In this document: in pieces, positions 37,689 through 52,036 of the stretch
How positions within the stretch are numbered: the stretch's first letter is position 1
Layout: the number at the start of each line of letters is the position of its first letter
From: Lingula anatina
Taxonomy: Eukaryota > Animalia > Brachiopoda
DNA: 64,000 nucleotides
Reading direction: 5' to 3'
NCBI GenBank assembly: GCA_051362555.1
Contig: CM120640.1
Location: 26,930,003-26,994,002, forward strand
The notes under the pieces: generated by a model
What the model was told of the DNA's origin: nothing
The model's input: the letters and a program-made list of their open reading frames with translations, nothing else
Databases searched by the model: none
Translations under genes and position numbers: made by a program

Positions 37689-40643
37689 CAAGGCAGCAAA
37701 GCTGTCAAATGTACAGACAAAAAGCAGGAAATAACTATGCACAAATTAGGCTACTGTCAATTCTGATGCAAAAGTACATTATGTTAAACTGCAAATTCAA
37801 CCTCAAATTTTAATTATACTCAACAGGTAATACCAATGTAATTAAAATGTGTAACAAGCATAAGGCTTCAGGCCCATGGGATTTCAAGTTCACACTTTGC
37901 AAATATATAATTTCCAGAAAAAAAGCCAATGAGACTGCTTTTTCCAACTCAGGCTGCATTTTAGTCCTGTATTTCTTTTTTAAAAGTTTTGCAATCATAA
38001 GTAACATGGTTTTCCCATAATGGTCATCATAACAGCAGCCCCCAAAATTGTGTTTTCTTTTATTCTGATGCAAATATAACATAATGGTTAACCGTCAATT
38101 TTTAATAATAAAATATACGTATCATGGATTTTCAGAAAATGTGACTAGCATGGGTCTTCATGAAACTTCAAAGTCACAACTTGAAAATGCCAAAATGGCC
38201 TATCTGTTTTTCTTATATTGTGTTTACAGTGTTGCATATATGCTGAAAAGTGAAAAAAAAAGCATAACTACTAAAATAGTGGCCCAATCATGCTGATTTT
38301 CAAATTTGACCTGTGTTTTAGTAAGATCGATTACTCCTGTGAGTTTCATGACAACAAGCCTATCGGTTTTCCTTGAAATGTGTTTACAGTGTTGCATATA
38401 TGCTGAAAAGTGAAAAAACAACATAACTTCTACAATAATGGCCCGATCATGCTGATTTTCGAACTTGAACTGCGTTTTATGAATATTCATCAGCTCTGTA
38501 AATATACAGCCAAAAAGTAAAACTGCCTTCTACTTATCGTGTTTACAATGAAAGTGCACGGCGCTGGCAACAGCGACATTGACGACGACGACGGCGATGA
38601 CAGACACAGGTGATGGCAATATGTACAGACACATCTGTACATAGTTACTGTACAGTTTGAGAACAGTAAGTGACATGGTTTTTCTTAAATGGTCATCATG
38701 GGTGCAGTGCCCAAAATGGGTTTTTTCAAATTTTGATGCAATATTACATAATGTTAAACAGCATAATGACCATCAATTTTTAATAATAAAATATTAGTAT
38801 CATGGATATTCAGAAAATGTGACTAGCAAAGGTCTTCAGGCCCATGGAATTTCGAAGTCACAACTTGAAAATGCCAAAATGTAAACAAGACAGCACTGTT
38901 CTGAAATGTTTTTTTTTTTCCATTTTTAATTTTTTTAACATAAAACAAAATTAACAGGTTACTGCCATTTTTATACGATCAACTAAGGAAATTGATAAGA
39001 TGGGAAAAATATCAATACAACAGTGTTAAATGTCCAATTTCCTCCATTCTGAAATTCTGAACATAGTGAATGATTGAATCTGACAAACTGCAATGATATG
39101 AGTTTATTTCCATTTTTGAAACTTTATTACACAATACACAATAACAAGTTTACCATCATTTTTAAATAATCAACTAATAATGTTGTAAAGATGCAGGAAA
39201 TGTCAACCAAACACTTTTACATGTCTTATTAGTTAAATAATGAGACTGTTAACATGCCTAAGAATTGAATCTGAGGAAATGTGAAACAAGACAGCTCTGT
39301 TCTGTCATGGGTTTATTTCCATTTTTAACACTTTTTTTAACATAAAACAAAATAAACAGTTTACTGCAATTTTTATATGATCAAATAAGAAAATTGATGA
39401 GATGGGGAAAATATCAATAGAATAGTGTTAAATGTCCAATTTCCTCCATTCTGAGATTCTGAACATGATGAATGATTGAATCTGACAAACTACAATGATA
39501 TGAGTTTATTTCCATTTTTGACACTTTATTACACAATACACGATAACAAGTTTACCATCATTTTTAAATAATCAACTAATAATGTTGTAAAGATGCAGGA
39601 AATGTCAACCAAACACTTTTACGTCTTATTAGTTAAATAATGAGACTGTTAACATGCCTAAGAATTGAATCTGAGGAAATGTGAAACAAGACAGCTCTGT
39701 TCTGTCATGGGTTTATTTCCATTTTTAACACTTTTTTTAACATAAAACAAAATAAACAGTTTACTGCAATTTTTATATGATCAAATAAGAAAATTGATGA
39801 GATGGGGAAAATATCAATAGAATAGTGTTAAATGTCCAATTTCCTCCATTCTGAGATTCTGAACATGATGAATGATTGAATCTGACAAACCACAATGATA
39901 TGAGTTTATTTCCATTTTTGACACTTTATTACACAATACACGATAACAAGTTTACCATTATTTTTACATAATCAACTAACAATGTTGTAAAGATGCAGGA
40001 AATGTCAAACAAACACTTTTACGTATCTTATTAGTTCAATAATGAGACTGTTAACGTGCCTAAGAGTTGAATCTGAGGAAATGTGAAAAAACAGCAGAAC
40101 TTCTAAAATAATGCCCCGATTATGCTGATTTTCGAACTCAACCTGCGTTTTAGTAAGATTGACCACTCCTGTGAGTTTAATGACAAATGGCTTATCTGTT
40201 TTTCTTATATTGTGTTTACAGTGTTGCATATATGCTGAAATATGAAAAAAACAGCATAACTACTAACATAGTGGCCCGATCATGTCGATTTTCGAACTTG
40301 ACCTGCGTTTTAGCAAGATTGATAACTCCTGTGAGTTTCATGACAACAGGCCTAACTGTTTTCCTTAAAATGTGTTTACAGGGTTGCATATATGCTGAAA
40401 ATTGAAAAAACAGCATAACTTCTACAATAATGGCCCGATCATGCTGATTTTCGAACTTGAACTGCGTTTTATGAATATTCATCAGCTCTGTAAATATGAA
40501 GCCAAAAAGTAAAACTGCCCTCCACTTATCGTATTTACAAGGAAAGTGCACGGCGCCGGCATCGGCATCGGCGACGGCGACGGCGACGGCGACGACAGAC
40601 GCAGGTGATGGCAATATGTACAGACACATCTGTGTCTGTACAT
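37689..40643 (-). mobile_element. HINE-like element, same composite family as 13767-16365, opposite orientation
   Basis: Hairpin head at 40616-40643 next to an A-run, (GGCGAC)n microsatellite, core repeats, second head at ~38620-38642, tail CAAGGCAGCAAAGCTGTCAAATGTACAGACA at ~37689-37719. Internal ~400-bp unit is triplicated (GTGAAACAAGACAGCTCTG at 39281 and 39681). Confidence 0.8.
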
Positions 40644-40694
40644 AAAAAAAAAAAAAAATTGCAACACCCACTTTTACCAAGCCGAGAATCTTAA

Positions 40695-40760
40695 CTTTCT
40701 TTTGATTGGTTGACCTATAACATTTTGACCAATAGTATCAACTTCCGGTGAACGCACATG
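40695..40760 (+). promoter_or_regulatory. Putative nardilysin proximal promoter
   Basis: ATTGG (40705) and CCAAT (40729) boxes and ETS motif ACTTCCGG (40741) immediately upstream of the first ATG. Confidence 0.5.
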
Positions 40761-40779
40761 CAATGATCTATGAAAGCGA

Positions 40780-43700
40780 ATGCTCTCTCGATATTTCCAC
40801 AGATTTCGGAGTTTAATGCATTCGGGCTGTCCTCTTTCGCCCAAAAAAGCTAAGATTGAAGCCGGCCAATTTTCAACTTGGTCCAGAATGACTATTGGAG
40901 AAACTTCTTCGGCTTCCAGTGCTGAATGCGACGGCCCCTTTATCCAACAACCAGGCTCCAGCATACGGAAGTCACTGAATGATACCAGACAATATAGGTA
41001 CTATTGTCAAAGTCTAATTTTATGCATATTGATGAACATGTAGTGCACGATGACACAGTGGTTTTACTGTTTATTTCCATGTAGATGTTGATAGACACCT
41101 TCAACGGACTTGATTTGAAAATAGATTTCTTTCCCGTATTTAAGTCTTTGAACATAATGTGTTCATCTTTTAGCGCATTGAGTCAACCACACTGTCTGAT
41201 TATATTAAATATTCGAGTTAACTACGACAGACTGGTTAATGGCCTACCATTGTAATACCACATAACCAGTTATATTTTGCATTTTCAGAATTGTTACTCT
41301 CTCAAACTCTCTCAAAGTCTTGCTAATATCCGACTTAAAAGCAGGAGAAGTGGCAGCAGTTCTTCAAGATGAAGAAAGTGAGGATGAGGAGGAGGAAAAT
41401 GATGGTAACATTGTTTGATATCCATTAGCAAAACATCAAGAAAGCTCCTTTTAGGCTTATATCCCAAGTATCTCAAAGATACAGTCATGTAAAATAAATA
41501 ATGGGAAACAAATGTCATATAAATGCTGTCTAAAAAAATAAAACTGCTTTCAAAAAGCTGGTGATTTTAGGGCATTTATACAGAATCAGTTTAGAGCCAT
41601 GATAAATATCCACAGGTTTGTATATAGATATTATCTCCTTTGACCTTTCTTTAGAATGTTTGCTTTAATTAATTTCAACTTTCATTTTAGAATCTGGCAG
41701 TGAAAGAAGTGAAGGGGAATCTGGATCAGAGGATGAAGATGGGGATCATAGTGATGTAGAAGAAGAAATTGAAGAGCCTGGTGATTTTTCAAACCACACC
41801 AAACATAAAGATAGTGAAAAGCTGGTAAGTCTTTAATTATTTTTACACAGGTTGGGAAAGGAGACAAAAATGATTTTTTCTAGTTTTTGCAGTTTTTCTT
41901 CTCTGAAAATGCAAAAATATATTCTATATTTAAAGTTTGATCAAAATTGTCCACATTAAATAACATAAATTGTGATTCAATATTATTATAATATTTTTTA
42001 TTTTGTATATTTGAACATCTTGTGATTTGTTTTTAATTTGAAAATTCCCATGGTCTGCTTACAGTCAGCTGCGGCATTATGTATTGGAGTTGGAAGCTTC
42101 TCAGACCCTCCAGATATTCCTGGACTAGCACATTTTCTTGAACACAGTAAGCTTAATTAGGAGATCTTGGATACTTCTATCTATTCTCAAGCAGAGCTTG
42201 ATATCTATGATATGTAAAACAAAACAACTTATATCTATTTGAAATCATATTACACCCTCACTTATATTTATTAGTAAAACAGTACTTGGGTGAATGTTTC
42301 TGATGGTATTTACATGTACTACTAGTTTGGTACAACACAAATCTCTGGAGAATACTGTTTATGTTATTAGAAATTTAATGTGTTCAAGGTAAAAAACTAT
42401 TGTGAATTTGATATTTTATTCTTGCCTTCAGTGGTATTTATGGGCAGTGAAAAATATCCAGATGAAAATGCATTTGATGCATTTATAAAGAAACATGGTG
42501 GAAATGACAATGCTTATACAGACTGTGAGAGGGTAAGTAAAATGACCGGAATAATTTTGGATAGTATAATAGAGATATTGAGGAATCCTGTGTTTGGAAT
42601 GCATTAGTAAATAACTGATCTTTTCCATAGGTTCCAAGTATATAGTTCAATATACCATACAGTTTCTACTGTTCAGACAAAATAACAAACCACATAAAAC
42701 TGCAAGAAAAAAAAAAGAAAAAAAAAACAGGAGCATCTGAAGTAGTGTCATGCACAGATGAGTGACCTTGACGTATCTTCCATAGATATACAAAACAACA
42801 TTTAATATTATAAAAAATCTTGCTTTCATTCATTAAATGTTTTCTTCACAATTTGATATTTTCAGACTGTGTTCTACTTTGATATTCAAAGGAAGCATTT
42901 TCGTCATGCTCTGGACATATTTGCTCAGTTCTTTACTTCCCCACTTATGAAGCAGGGTGCTGTTGACAGGGAAATCAAAGCAGTGGACAGTGGTAAACAT
43001 AAAACCTTAAATAGAAAATTTGTTTATGTTGATATATGATGTACAGTAATCTGTTTTTAAATATTACTTTCAGTTTTTTTACCTCAGCCTCATATTAATG
43101 ATACCAACCAGAATATTTTATCACAAAGTTATTTCAATTAACTTTTTTTTTCTTTGCAAATTTAGAATTTGACATGAACCTCAATTCTGACTCGGCTAGA
43201 AAAGAACAGCTTTTAGGCAGTTTGGCCCAGCCTGGTCACCCAATGGGCAAGTTCATGTGGGGAAATTCAAAGTCACTTAAGACAGATACTGCAGCTCAGG
43301 GCATTGATATCTACTCCAGGCTTCAGGATTTCTACAGAAAGCACTATTCTGCTCATGTAATGACATTAGCTGTCCAGTCAAAAGGTACTTAAATGTTTTC
43401 CAGTTTTTTTTTTGTCCAGTTTTTCGTAACTATATCCACAGTGGCAAAAGCTATTCAAAAGGGAGTCCACCTTACTCATGCCTCCCTGCTGATAAAAGAA
43501 TGTTATTTAATGTAATGTATAGATGTATTATAAATTGAATAATTATTTACTCAGTATTGATGTATCTTTTAGATTCTCTGGACAACCTTGAAGAATGGGT
43601 CACAGAGATATTTTCAAAGGTACCAAACAAGTAAGTGATTGATTAATGAGAAGAGACGGGATGGAACAGTATGGCTTAAAAAGAATTATTTATTATTGTG

Positions 43701-46700
43701 TAGAATTCATTATGATTGGGTCTTTATTTGAGTATGCAGGAAAATAAAAGTTGCTTTTGTTTCCTTTTCTAGTAATTTGCCAAAGGACAACTTTGATCAT
43801 TTGAAGGTAAGTTTGTACTTTTTGATGCTGTTAAGAGAATATTGTATTTTTATATACTCATTTATACTAAAATGGTAATTGTAATTTTATGTTTAAAATA
43901 CATACCTATTAGTAAACATACCTATTAGTAAAATTCCATTATTTTTTGCAGGACCCATTTGAAACTCACAATTTCAACAAGTTATACAAAGGTACAGTCA
44001 AATGAATGTGTACAATATTTGTCTTAGAAAATAAATGGTAGATATTATGTTGAATACTTTTCCCTTAATGCATTATACTTATCTCATTTTTTATAGAAAC
44101 AAAAATCCAAATTGAATTTTTAAATCATTAAAATTTTTTGCCATCATTTGTAATAAAAAATAACATGATCGGTATTGAGTTATTTTAAGTGTGTAAGACA
44201 AATCAAGTTCTCTGTCTTATAGTTTACATATTAAACTTTAATATACCAAGATGTTGTTCTGCATGACAAATATTTAACTGTTCTTTAGTTATTCCTGTGA
44301 AAAACTTGGATCATTTGGAAATCACCTGGGCATTGCCTCCACTAGGAAAGCACTACAGGTATGTTTTCTTTTATCTTTTTTTTATTTAGGGAGAAGATTC
44401 AAGAAGTGATTTTTTTTGTGATAGAATGTTAGTGAACCTCTGATAGAATAATTGCTATATTTTGTTTGTTATGGTTTCTTTTTCTTTTAACTCAGTTAAG
44501 TAATCATTTGATAAAAGATACTTTTATATTTTGTTGTGTTTACAGGGCCAAACCATTGAATTACATCAGCTGGCTTTTAGGGCATGAAGAAAAGGGCAGT
44601 ATCATATCATACCTTAAGAAAAAGTAGGTTCTATCTCTTATTGACTACCCAAATAGACTCACCTCTCGAGAAATCATTGCTTTCAAGAAATTGCTGAAAA
44701 TCAGAAGTATGTGCCTTTTCCCACTGTTTTTTCCCAGCATGCCTAATGTAAACACACTGCGTTGTCAAGTAAAATGAAACGTCTGATACTAAGTATCAAA
44801 TGTGGTGTTCAGTACACTTTGTTCGCATATACAAGTCAAGGTCATAAATGCACAATTTAAACTGTCTAATTAAGCAGTTTAAATTTTGATTATTGAATCT
44901 TCTATAATCTCATGGTTATTTTCTCAAAATTTGCATAAGCTATGAAATTGTTCTCATTGGAAAATCACCCAGCAGCTTTCCAAATAAATTCAATGATGTC
45001 ACAATGTACTTTTTTTTCATCGAGATCTTGAAGGCATCAGCGTTACCATTTGCAGCACATTTAAATTTCTATTTCGAAATCTATGCAATCTTTTGGATTG
45101 AAATTTGCAACACATATTCTTTACATGATATCGCACCTATGTACAAAATTAAATTTGAGAGCTTTAGATATACTTTTTCTACAATGCCTGTTAAAGTTTG
45201 AAAATATCCCATTTTATGTCAATTTCATGAAGGGTGAGTCTAGGTAAAACTAAAGAAAAAATAATACTCCAAATAGAAACATGATATTTATATGAACATC
45301 TTTTTGATTCTGTTGTATGTACTCTTAAATTACTTATATGATAATGATTAAGGAATTCTTAGTAGTGTTATTTCATCTTTGCAGGTTGTGGGCCCTGTCA
45401 ATCACAAGTGGCAATGGAGATGGTGGGTTTGAGTTCAACAGTACTCACTCCTCATTTTCTATTTCCATTACCCTCACTGAGGAAGGGTTCATTCATGTTG
45501 CTGAGGTGAGATTTTGTTTAGTTCCTGAGATGAAATCATTTGTATCTGTATCAAATGCTGAGTTCACTGATGTTTTAACAAAATTATATTTTGACAATAA
45601 TATCTAATTAACATCCTGGTATAATTTCATTACTGGCAATTACTTGGCAATGACAGATACTTCTCAATCTAGGTGCTGACAGTTGTGTTTGATTATCTGG
45701 CAATGCTTAGAAGAGTAGGACCCTGTTACAGAGGTTTCAAGGAGATTCAGACTATTGAAAATAATGATTTCAGGTGGCAAGAACAGGTAAAGATATCTAG
45801 ATATCAAAATATTTTATATGAAAACTTTTTTTCATTATTTGTACTTCAACTGATTTCATAAGTACTAAAAAGACTACTGAGAAATCGCTCACTGATATAT
45901 GAACACTAACATGAAATATTTCTTTGAGATTTAACTTGGTAATGTTAAATCTGATTCAATGAATCTGCAGTTTATAATAAACTTTTGTTAATTGCAGTCA
46001 GAACCAGTTGACTACGTTGAAAAGATCTGTGAGAATATGCAACTTTACCCTCCTGAAGAGTATCTAACTGGGGACAGTTTGTTGTTTGAGTATGACCCAC
46101 AGGTATTCAATATGGCAATTAAAATACTAATATCTATACAATGATGTTTGTGCAATCCCCTTGCCTTACATGTTATAAATGGCTTTACCATCAAAAATTA
46201 GATATTTGTTTAAAATGCATGCAAACTGATACTTGTATGCACAACCCTGTCAAGGATTATTTGTAAAAGCAAATATTGACAATCAATGGTTTTGTATTTG
46301 AAGTATTCATATCTGGCATTGTTAATAGTCTCTTCACTTAATATAAGTTAAATATTATATCAGTTGGAGATACTTTATATTTTTACTGGAATTGCTGAAA
46401 TTAGTCAGTTTTGTAGTATAAATCGCTTGTTATTACTAATCACCTATAAAAACATAGATCATTGCATGCATATTATGGTGTTTTATTTTGCTAAAGTTTC
46501 AATAATCTATGTAGATTTAATTCAAGTAGTATTTTTGTATTGTTTCAGCTGATTGAACAGTGCCAAAATCTTATGACTCCAGACAGAGCAAACATAATGG
46601 TGTTTTCGAAAAAGTTTGAAGAGATGGGAATATGTAATCAAAAAGAAAAATGGTTTCAAACTGATCATTGTGTTGAAGGTAAAGTAACATTAAATACATA

Positions 46701-49141
46701 TATTACATTTGTTGATCTTAATTAATAGAAAATATTGTGCCCCAGTAGCAAGTCCAGTTCACGCTTGGTGCATTGATGGTATTAGATCTGAAAACAGACA
46801 GGCATTAAAAAATTGATGTTCACATCTTTTTCTCGATTTTTGTTACTGAACTAAGATTATTTTAATTTGTCATCAGATGTCCCTGAAGAATGGATGCAAG
46901 CATGGATGAGCCCTGACCTTGGGAATAATCCTGAACTACACTTGCCAAAAGAAAATGAATTCATTGGTAAAAGAAATTTTCAAGTTTGTGAGGGGGTGGG
47001 GTTGCAGTGAGTGGAGTTTTAAAAACATAACTTCCTGTTGTTATTTTCATAGTGTTAGAAGTTGTGTATCTAGTATACAATATTTGTTGTGAAGAAATAG
47101 TTTACGCTTACTCTTTAATAAAAAGCAAGCTTGAACATAGACTTACTCTTTAATAAAAAGCAAGATTTTCTGAACTTTTTAGCCACTGACTTCAGTCTAA
47201 AGGAACCAGACATGACACCTGTGATGGAGTTCCCTGTAGCAATTTTAGATAATGAGCAATCTAAAATATGGTATATGAAAGACATGCATTTCAATGTGCC
47301 TAAAGGTAGGTGTTTGTCTAGATATCTCAAAATATCTTTATTTGCTGGAGTCTAATATCAAACAGCATAAAATTTACAAAATATCCGATGTAATTGAAGC
47401 ATATTTTTCAAAACGTATACCATAAGGTGTGTGAAGTAAATGATTACGCTTAAGACCATATAAGCCTTATGATGTGGGAGTACAAAATGTAATTCATTTT
47501 CTTTTTAGCATACATATTCTTCCATCTGATATCTCCTATTGTTGGACAGACTCCACAGAGGTATGGAACATGCAATCTGTATCCAGTAATCTATATCTAT
47601 CTAAAATGACTAATTTGTAAATATTCCATATTACATACCTACGGCAATAACCTTATAAATGGAGCTGGCAAATTAAAGACAAAATTAATGTAATCATGTT
47701 GATGAGATGGTGCTTATTTCACTTTGACTTTGCTCTTTCAAATATTAACATTTTCTTGAAAAATTTTCTAGCATGGTTTTGATGGATTTGATGGTGCAGC
47801 TACTTCAGCTCAAGTTAGCAGAAGAGATATATTCTGCAGATCTAGCTCAGTTGAGGTAAATACTTCTAAATTTTAAGATGAAAGCACTTTCAAATATACG
47901 TATTTTAGAGAAAAAAAAACCTGTAAGAAGTTTTTATGTCCCTGTTTTCTTCATTCATTTATGTCTGCACATAAGGCCAAACAGTCTCGGAAGTTTTTTT
48001 ATTTTGGACACCATCTGGTGGAGAGCTAACAGGTGTTGACCAAATGTAACCTGTTCAGTCATCTTCATGAATGATACTGATCTGCAATCAAATGAGGTTC
48101 AAGGACTTATGAGACCTAATTCGAAGCAACTCTAGTCTCAGCATATTGCTGCAGCCATATGCCATTCTGCACAAGGGCAAAGGATGATGATTATGATTTG
48201 TAAACCATTGGTATTATTTCTGTTATAGCTGTGCAGCAAAAGTGCTTGAAAGTGGGCTTGAACTCCAGTTCAGTGGATTTAACCACAAATTGCATGTAAG
48301 TGGCTTTTTATTTTTCATTCATTGATGCATACATTTATCATAAAATTAGTCTATTTCGTTACTGCTTTGGTACTATAACTCCTTTAGTATGTTATATTGC
48401 TTCTTAAAAGGTAACAAACCTCATTACTCATCTGAAATCTGTATTACATTTAGATGTTTTTTAGTTTTATTATCATTATTTTTTAAGGCTCTCTTTCACA
48501 AAGTGGTAAATGCCATTGCTGACTTCAACCCATCTGAGGATTTGTTTTCTACAGTTAAAGAGCAGACTAAGAAAATGTATTATAACACTTGCATCAAACC
48601 CAATCATGTTGTCAGGTAATAAATATATGAGTAAAAGTATAATACATATTTATTCATAATGGAACAAGAAAAAGCACAGTTTAAAAGAGGTTTTGTATTC
48701 TGGAGTCTTATCTTCTTTTATGTTTACACATTTAATTCTTAGGAGTAATTTTGTAACATGAGCGCAGTAGGTCAGACAATGCTTGTTGCTATATCTGCAA
48801 TTTATGCAACTGTGAAGAAGGATTAGGCTGTGGTGATAATTATCAGACATGATAAAGTGTATTTCAGGTAACAGTACTCTTTTGTTATCATTGTTTTTAT
48901 GATTCTTTTTTTTACCCATTTTTGCAGAGAGATCCGTTTGGCCATTCTTCAGGATAGGTTTTGGCCTAGCACAGACAAGCATTTTGTGGTGGATGGCTTG
49001 ACTCATGACATGCTGATGAGTTTTGTTCAACAGTTTAGAACTCAAGTCTTCATTGAAGGAATGGTGCATGGCAACATGACAGTTCAAGTAAATGTCTTGT
49101 GTTGATCTACTTAAATAAAAATTCATTTTAGCCATATTTCA

Positions 49142-49177
<36 letters not shown>

Positions 49178-51586
49178 GTGATATAGTTAATATGTACTCA
49201 CTTGATGAACTTACAGGAAGCACTGGACCTTGAAGAGTATATGTGTAAACAGCTCAAGTGTTCGGCTGTACCAAAAAGCAGCCTTCCAAAGGTAAGAAGT
49301 ACTCTATATAACAGTTAGAGGGAAAGCTATTTTTCCAGGTAGTCGTAGTGTTTCAGTTTCTGTTTATGTTAAATGACCGTGTGAAAGAGAAAAGGCATAC
49401 AGTTTGTGAATTATTGTGAGACTTTTGTGGAAAATATTGTTACTCACATTTCAAATATCAAAATAACCACACATTTTTCAGACAAGAGTCCATCAGCTCC
49501 CAGCTAAAACCAGCTACTGTAGAGTGAAAACTTTTAACCCCAGTGACTGCAATTCTGTGGTTACTAATTATTACCAATGTGGACCTGAAAATCTCCGCCT
49601 GGCAGCACTCAATGAACTTGTGATAGTAAGTTATAAAGAAATTCACATTTATTTTCCTTAACATGTCACTGTATTCATCTAATAGAATGCCTGCTTATTT
49701 TTTTTTTCACCAGTAGTAATCAACAGTTATGCCATCAACGTTTCAGCCCTCATATGCCACCTACAAGGGGCAAGTAATTTTTATATACAGACACTGTATG
49801 CGTCTGTATGTGTTATCATGATCTGACACATCTGCCAATTTTTTGTCTCACTTTAAATTTACTGAGTGGCTTTGTTTAGTAAAAAGGCAGTTTTTTTAAA
49901 AATCAGCATCATCTTATTATTTTTACAAAAATTATTGATTTTTTGTGTCTGTTTTTGTAAGTCAGATCTTGAATTTTCAGATGCGAATGGAAGAACCATG
50001 CTTTGAAATTCTAAGAACACGAGAACAGTTGGGCTACTCTGTGTTTTGCACACATCGTGATACAAATGGAGTCTTGGGGATGTCTGTCACTGTCTGCACA
50101 CAGGCAAACAAATTCAAGTAAGATGGATATAGTTCTCTTCATTTTGATTTACATGCAACTGTGTGGACTTGTATATAACTCAGTGAAATAACTTAATGCA
50201 CTGCTAGGGCAATTCATAGTGAATGATGGTACCACGCTTCAAATGCTCCACTTCATTTTCATTGATGTTTAAAAGGTTCTCTGTCAAACTATGATTGTCT
50301 GCTTTAAAATGTTGAAAGTTATATTAGTACAGTGATTATGCAAGACATTTTATTTTGTTAATAATTAATTTCATTTTTCTTCTTTTAGAACACAGTATGT
50401 GGATGAGCACATTGAGATGTTCTTGAATGAGTTTGATGAAATGCTACAGAAGATGTCTGAGGAGGAATTTGAATCTCTGGTGTGTATTAAAAAACTGAAA
50501 CAATTAGGAAAATAGATGAAGAAAAACACTGAAATAATGAGAAAAAATAGATAAAGAAAAAAAACTAAAATAATTAGGAAAAATAGATAAAGATTAATGG
50601 GTTAGTGTCTAATAACAGTTGAATGCATTACTCATTTTAACAGCAAAATTGAAATTTAAAACATTTCACTGCAGGTTAATGCCATGATAACAACAAAAAA
50701 ATGCGAGGACTCGCATATGGGGGAGGTAGCAGACCGCAACTGGGGCCAAATTGTACACCAGCAATATATATTTGACAGAAGGCAAAAGACCGTAAGATGG
50801 GTTATTCTGTTTTAATGGGCAAATTTGAAAAGATGCTGGATAATAAAATATTGAAGTTTTACTTAACACTTTTTGTGTAAAAATATACACTCAAGTAAAT
50901 CATGTCCAGATATCACTCTTTTTTTTCATGCAGTTGGTTAATTAGTTCAATTTCAATGTTTACAGATTGCAGAGTTAGAGAAGTTAACAGTGCAGGAGTT
51001 TAGGAAATGGCACTACCAGAACACACTGGAGTCAGGAAGAAAAAAACTCGGTGTACAGGTGAGACATTGGAGAATTAGTTGAAAAAATCATCAAAATTAA
51101 AAATAATATTAAAGAAAGAAAGGAAGAATTAAAGTGGTGAAGTTAAAAAGTGGAGGAAATAAAATCTACATGTTTTTCGTGTCCCCACTTAAAAAGAGAA
51201 AATTCAAAATATGCCCCATTATTAAATTTTTCTTGGTTTTGTCTCAGGTTATTGGAGAGCATGGGAGCACTTCAAGTGGTGGTGTTTGTTCTTTGGAAGT
51301 AAAGAGTCCCAACACAATGGAACAGACAGGCAATTCTTCAGGTTTATATTCTTCAGAATTAAAAGATGTATCCAATATGAAAGATAGCTCTCGGGAGAGT
51401 GTTGCACTAAACCCAGAGATGAGCAGAAGAGTTGCTGAAAGATGCTCAGAAGCAAGAAATGGGAATAAACTAAGGTACCAGATGGTCTATTCTGAACAGT
51501 GTGAAGATGGTGCTGTTGAAGTGGTCGATATAACAGACTTTAAAGAAAGCCTGCCTTTGTTTCCCATCTGTAAGCTTCTTTTATGA
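40780..51586 (+). CDS. NRDC: Nardilysin (N-arginine dibasic convertase, M16A metallopeptidase)
   Basis: About 30 GT-AG exons, e.g. 40780-40997, 41289-41404, 41691-41824, 42065-42146, 42432-42532, 42866-42992, 43166-43384 ... last exon ending 51586. Has [10 protein letters not shown], the nardilysin-diagnostic acidic stretch ([29 protein letters not shown]), [32 protein letters not shown] (inverted HxxEH), [41 protein letters not shown]. Confidence 0.95.
44654..45242. mobile_element. Tc1/mariner-like MITE in nardilysin intron
   Basis: Left TAGACTCACCTCTCGAGAAAT versus reverse complement of right end TAGACTCACCCTTCATGAAAT; TA at both termini. Confidence 0.6.
48007..48021 (-). promoter_or_regulatory. 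CTCF-like motif in nardilysin intron
   Basis: Reverse complement CCACCAGATGGTGTC is close to the CTCF core CCACCAGRKGGCRC. Motif match only. Confidence 0.3.
49143..49177. repeat. (CT)n microsatellite
   Basis: Directly visible. Confidence 0.9.
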
Positions 51587-51774
51587 TGCTTGGCATACTA
51601 TCATAATTTTCTTTTAACAAATTCATATTTATGGATGTTCTGGGAATGTAAACAAATCTAATAATAAAGGGACATTTCTTAATGTTGTTGACTGTTCTTT
51701 TTCCATCAATTTAAAACTAATGTGAACTTTAAAAAATAAAAATTTATTCCTCATTCAGTCGGGTTCTGTGATTA

Positions 51775-52036
51775 AAAAAAAAAATTGTAGTTGTAAGAAA
51801 TGTCTTGTCAAGATAATCATTCTAGGTTTTACCCTAAAAATGGCCTTTTTTGAGAAAAAATGCACACACACATTCTCCTCAAAATATTTATTTTCAACTC
51901 TGACAAAAAAAATATTGTAGTTGTAAGAAAGTTCTTGTCAAGATAACCATTCTAGGTTCTGCCCTTAATATTGCCTATTTTTTGAGAAAAAAATGCATGC
52001 ACACTTTCTCCACAAAATATTCATTTTCAACTCTGA
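51775..52036. repeat. Tandem duplication of ~130 bp downstream of nardilysin stop
   Basis: ATTGTAGTTGTAAGAAA..CTTGTCAAGATAA.CATTCTAGGTT..TTTTCAACTCTGA occurs twice, diverged. Confidence 0.85.
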
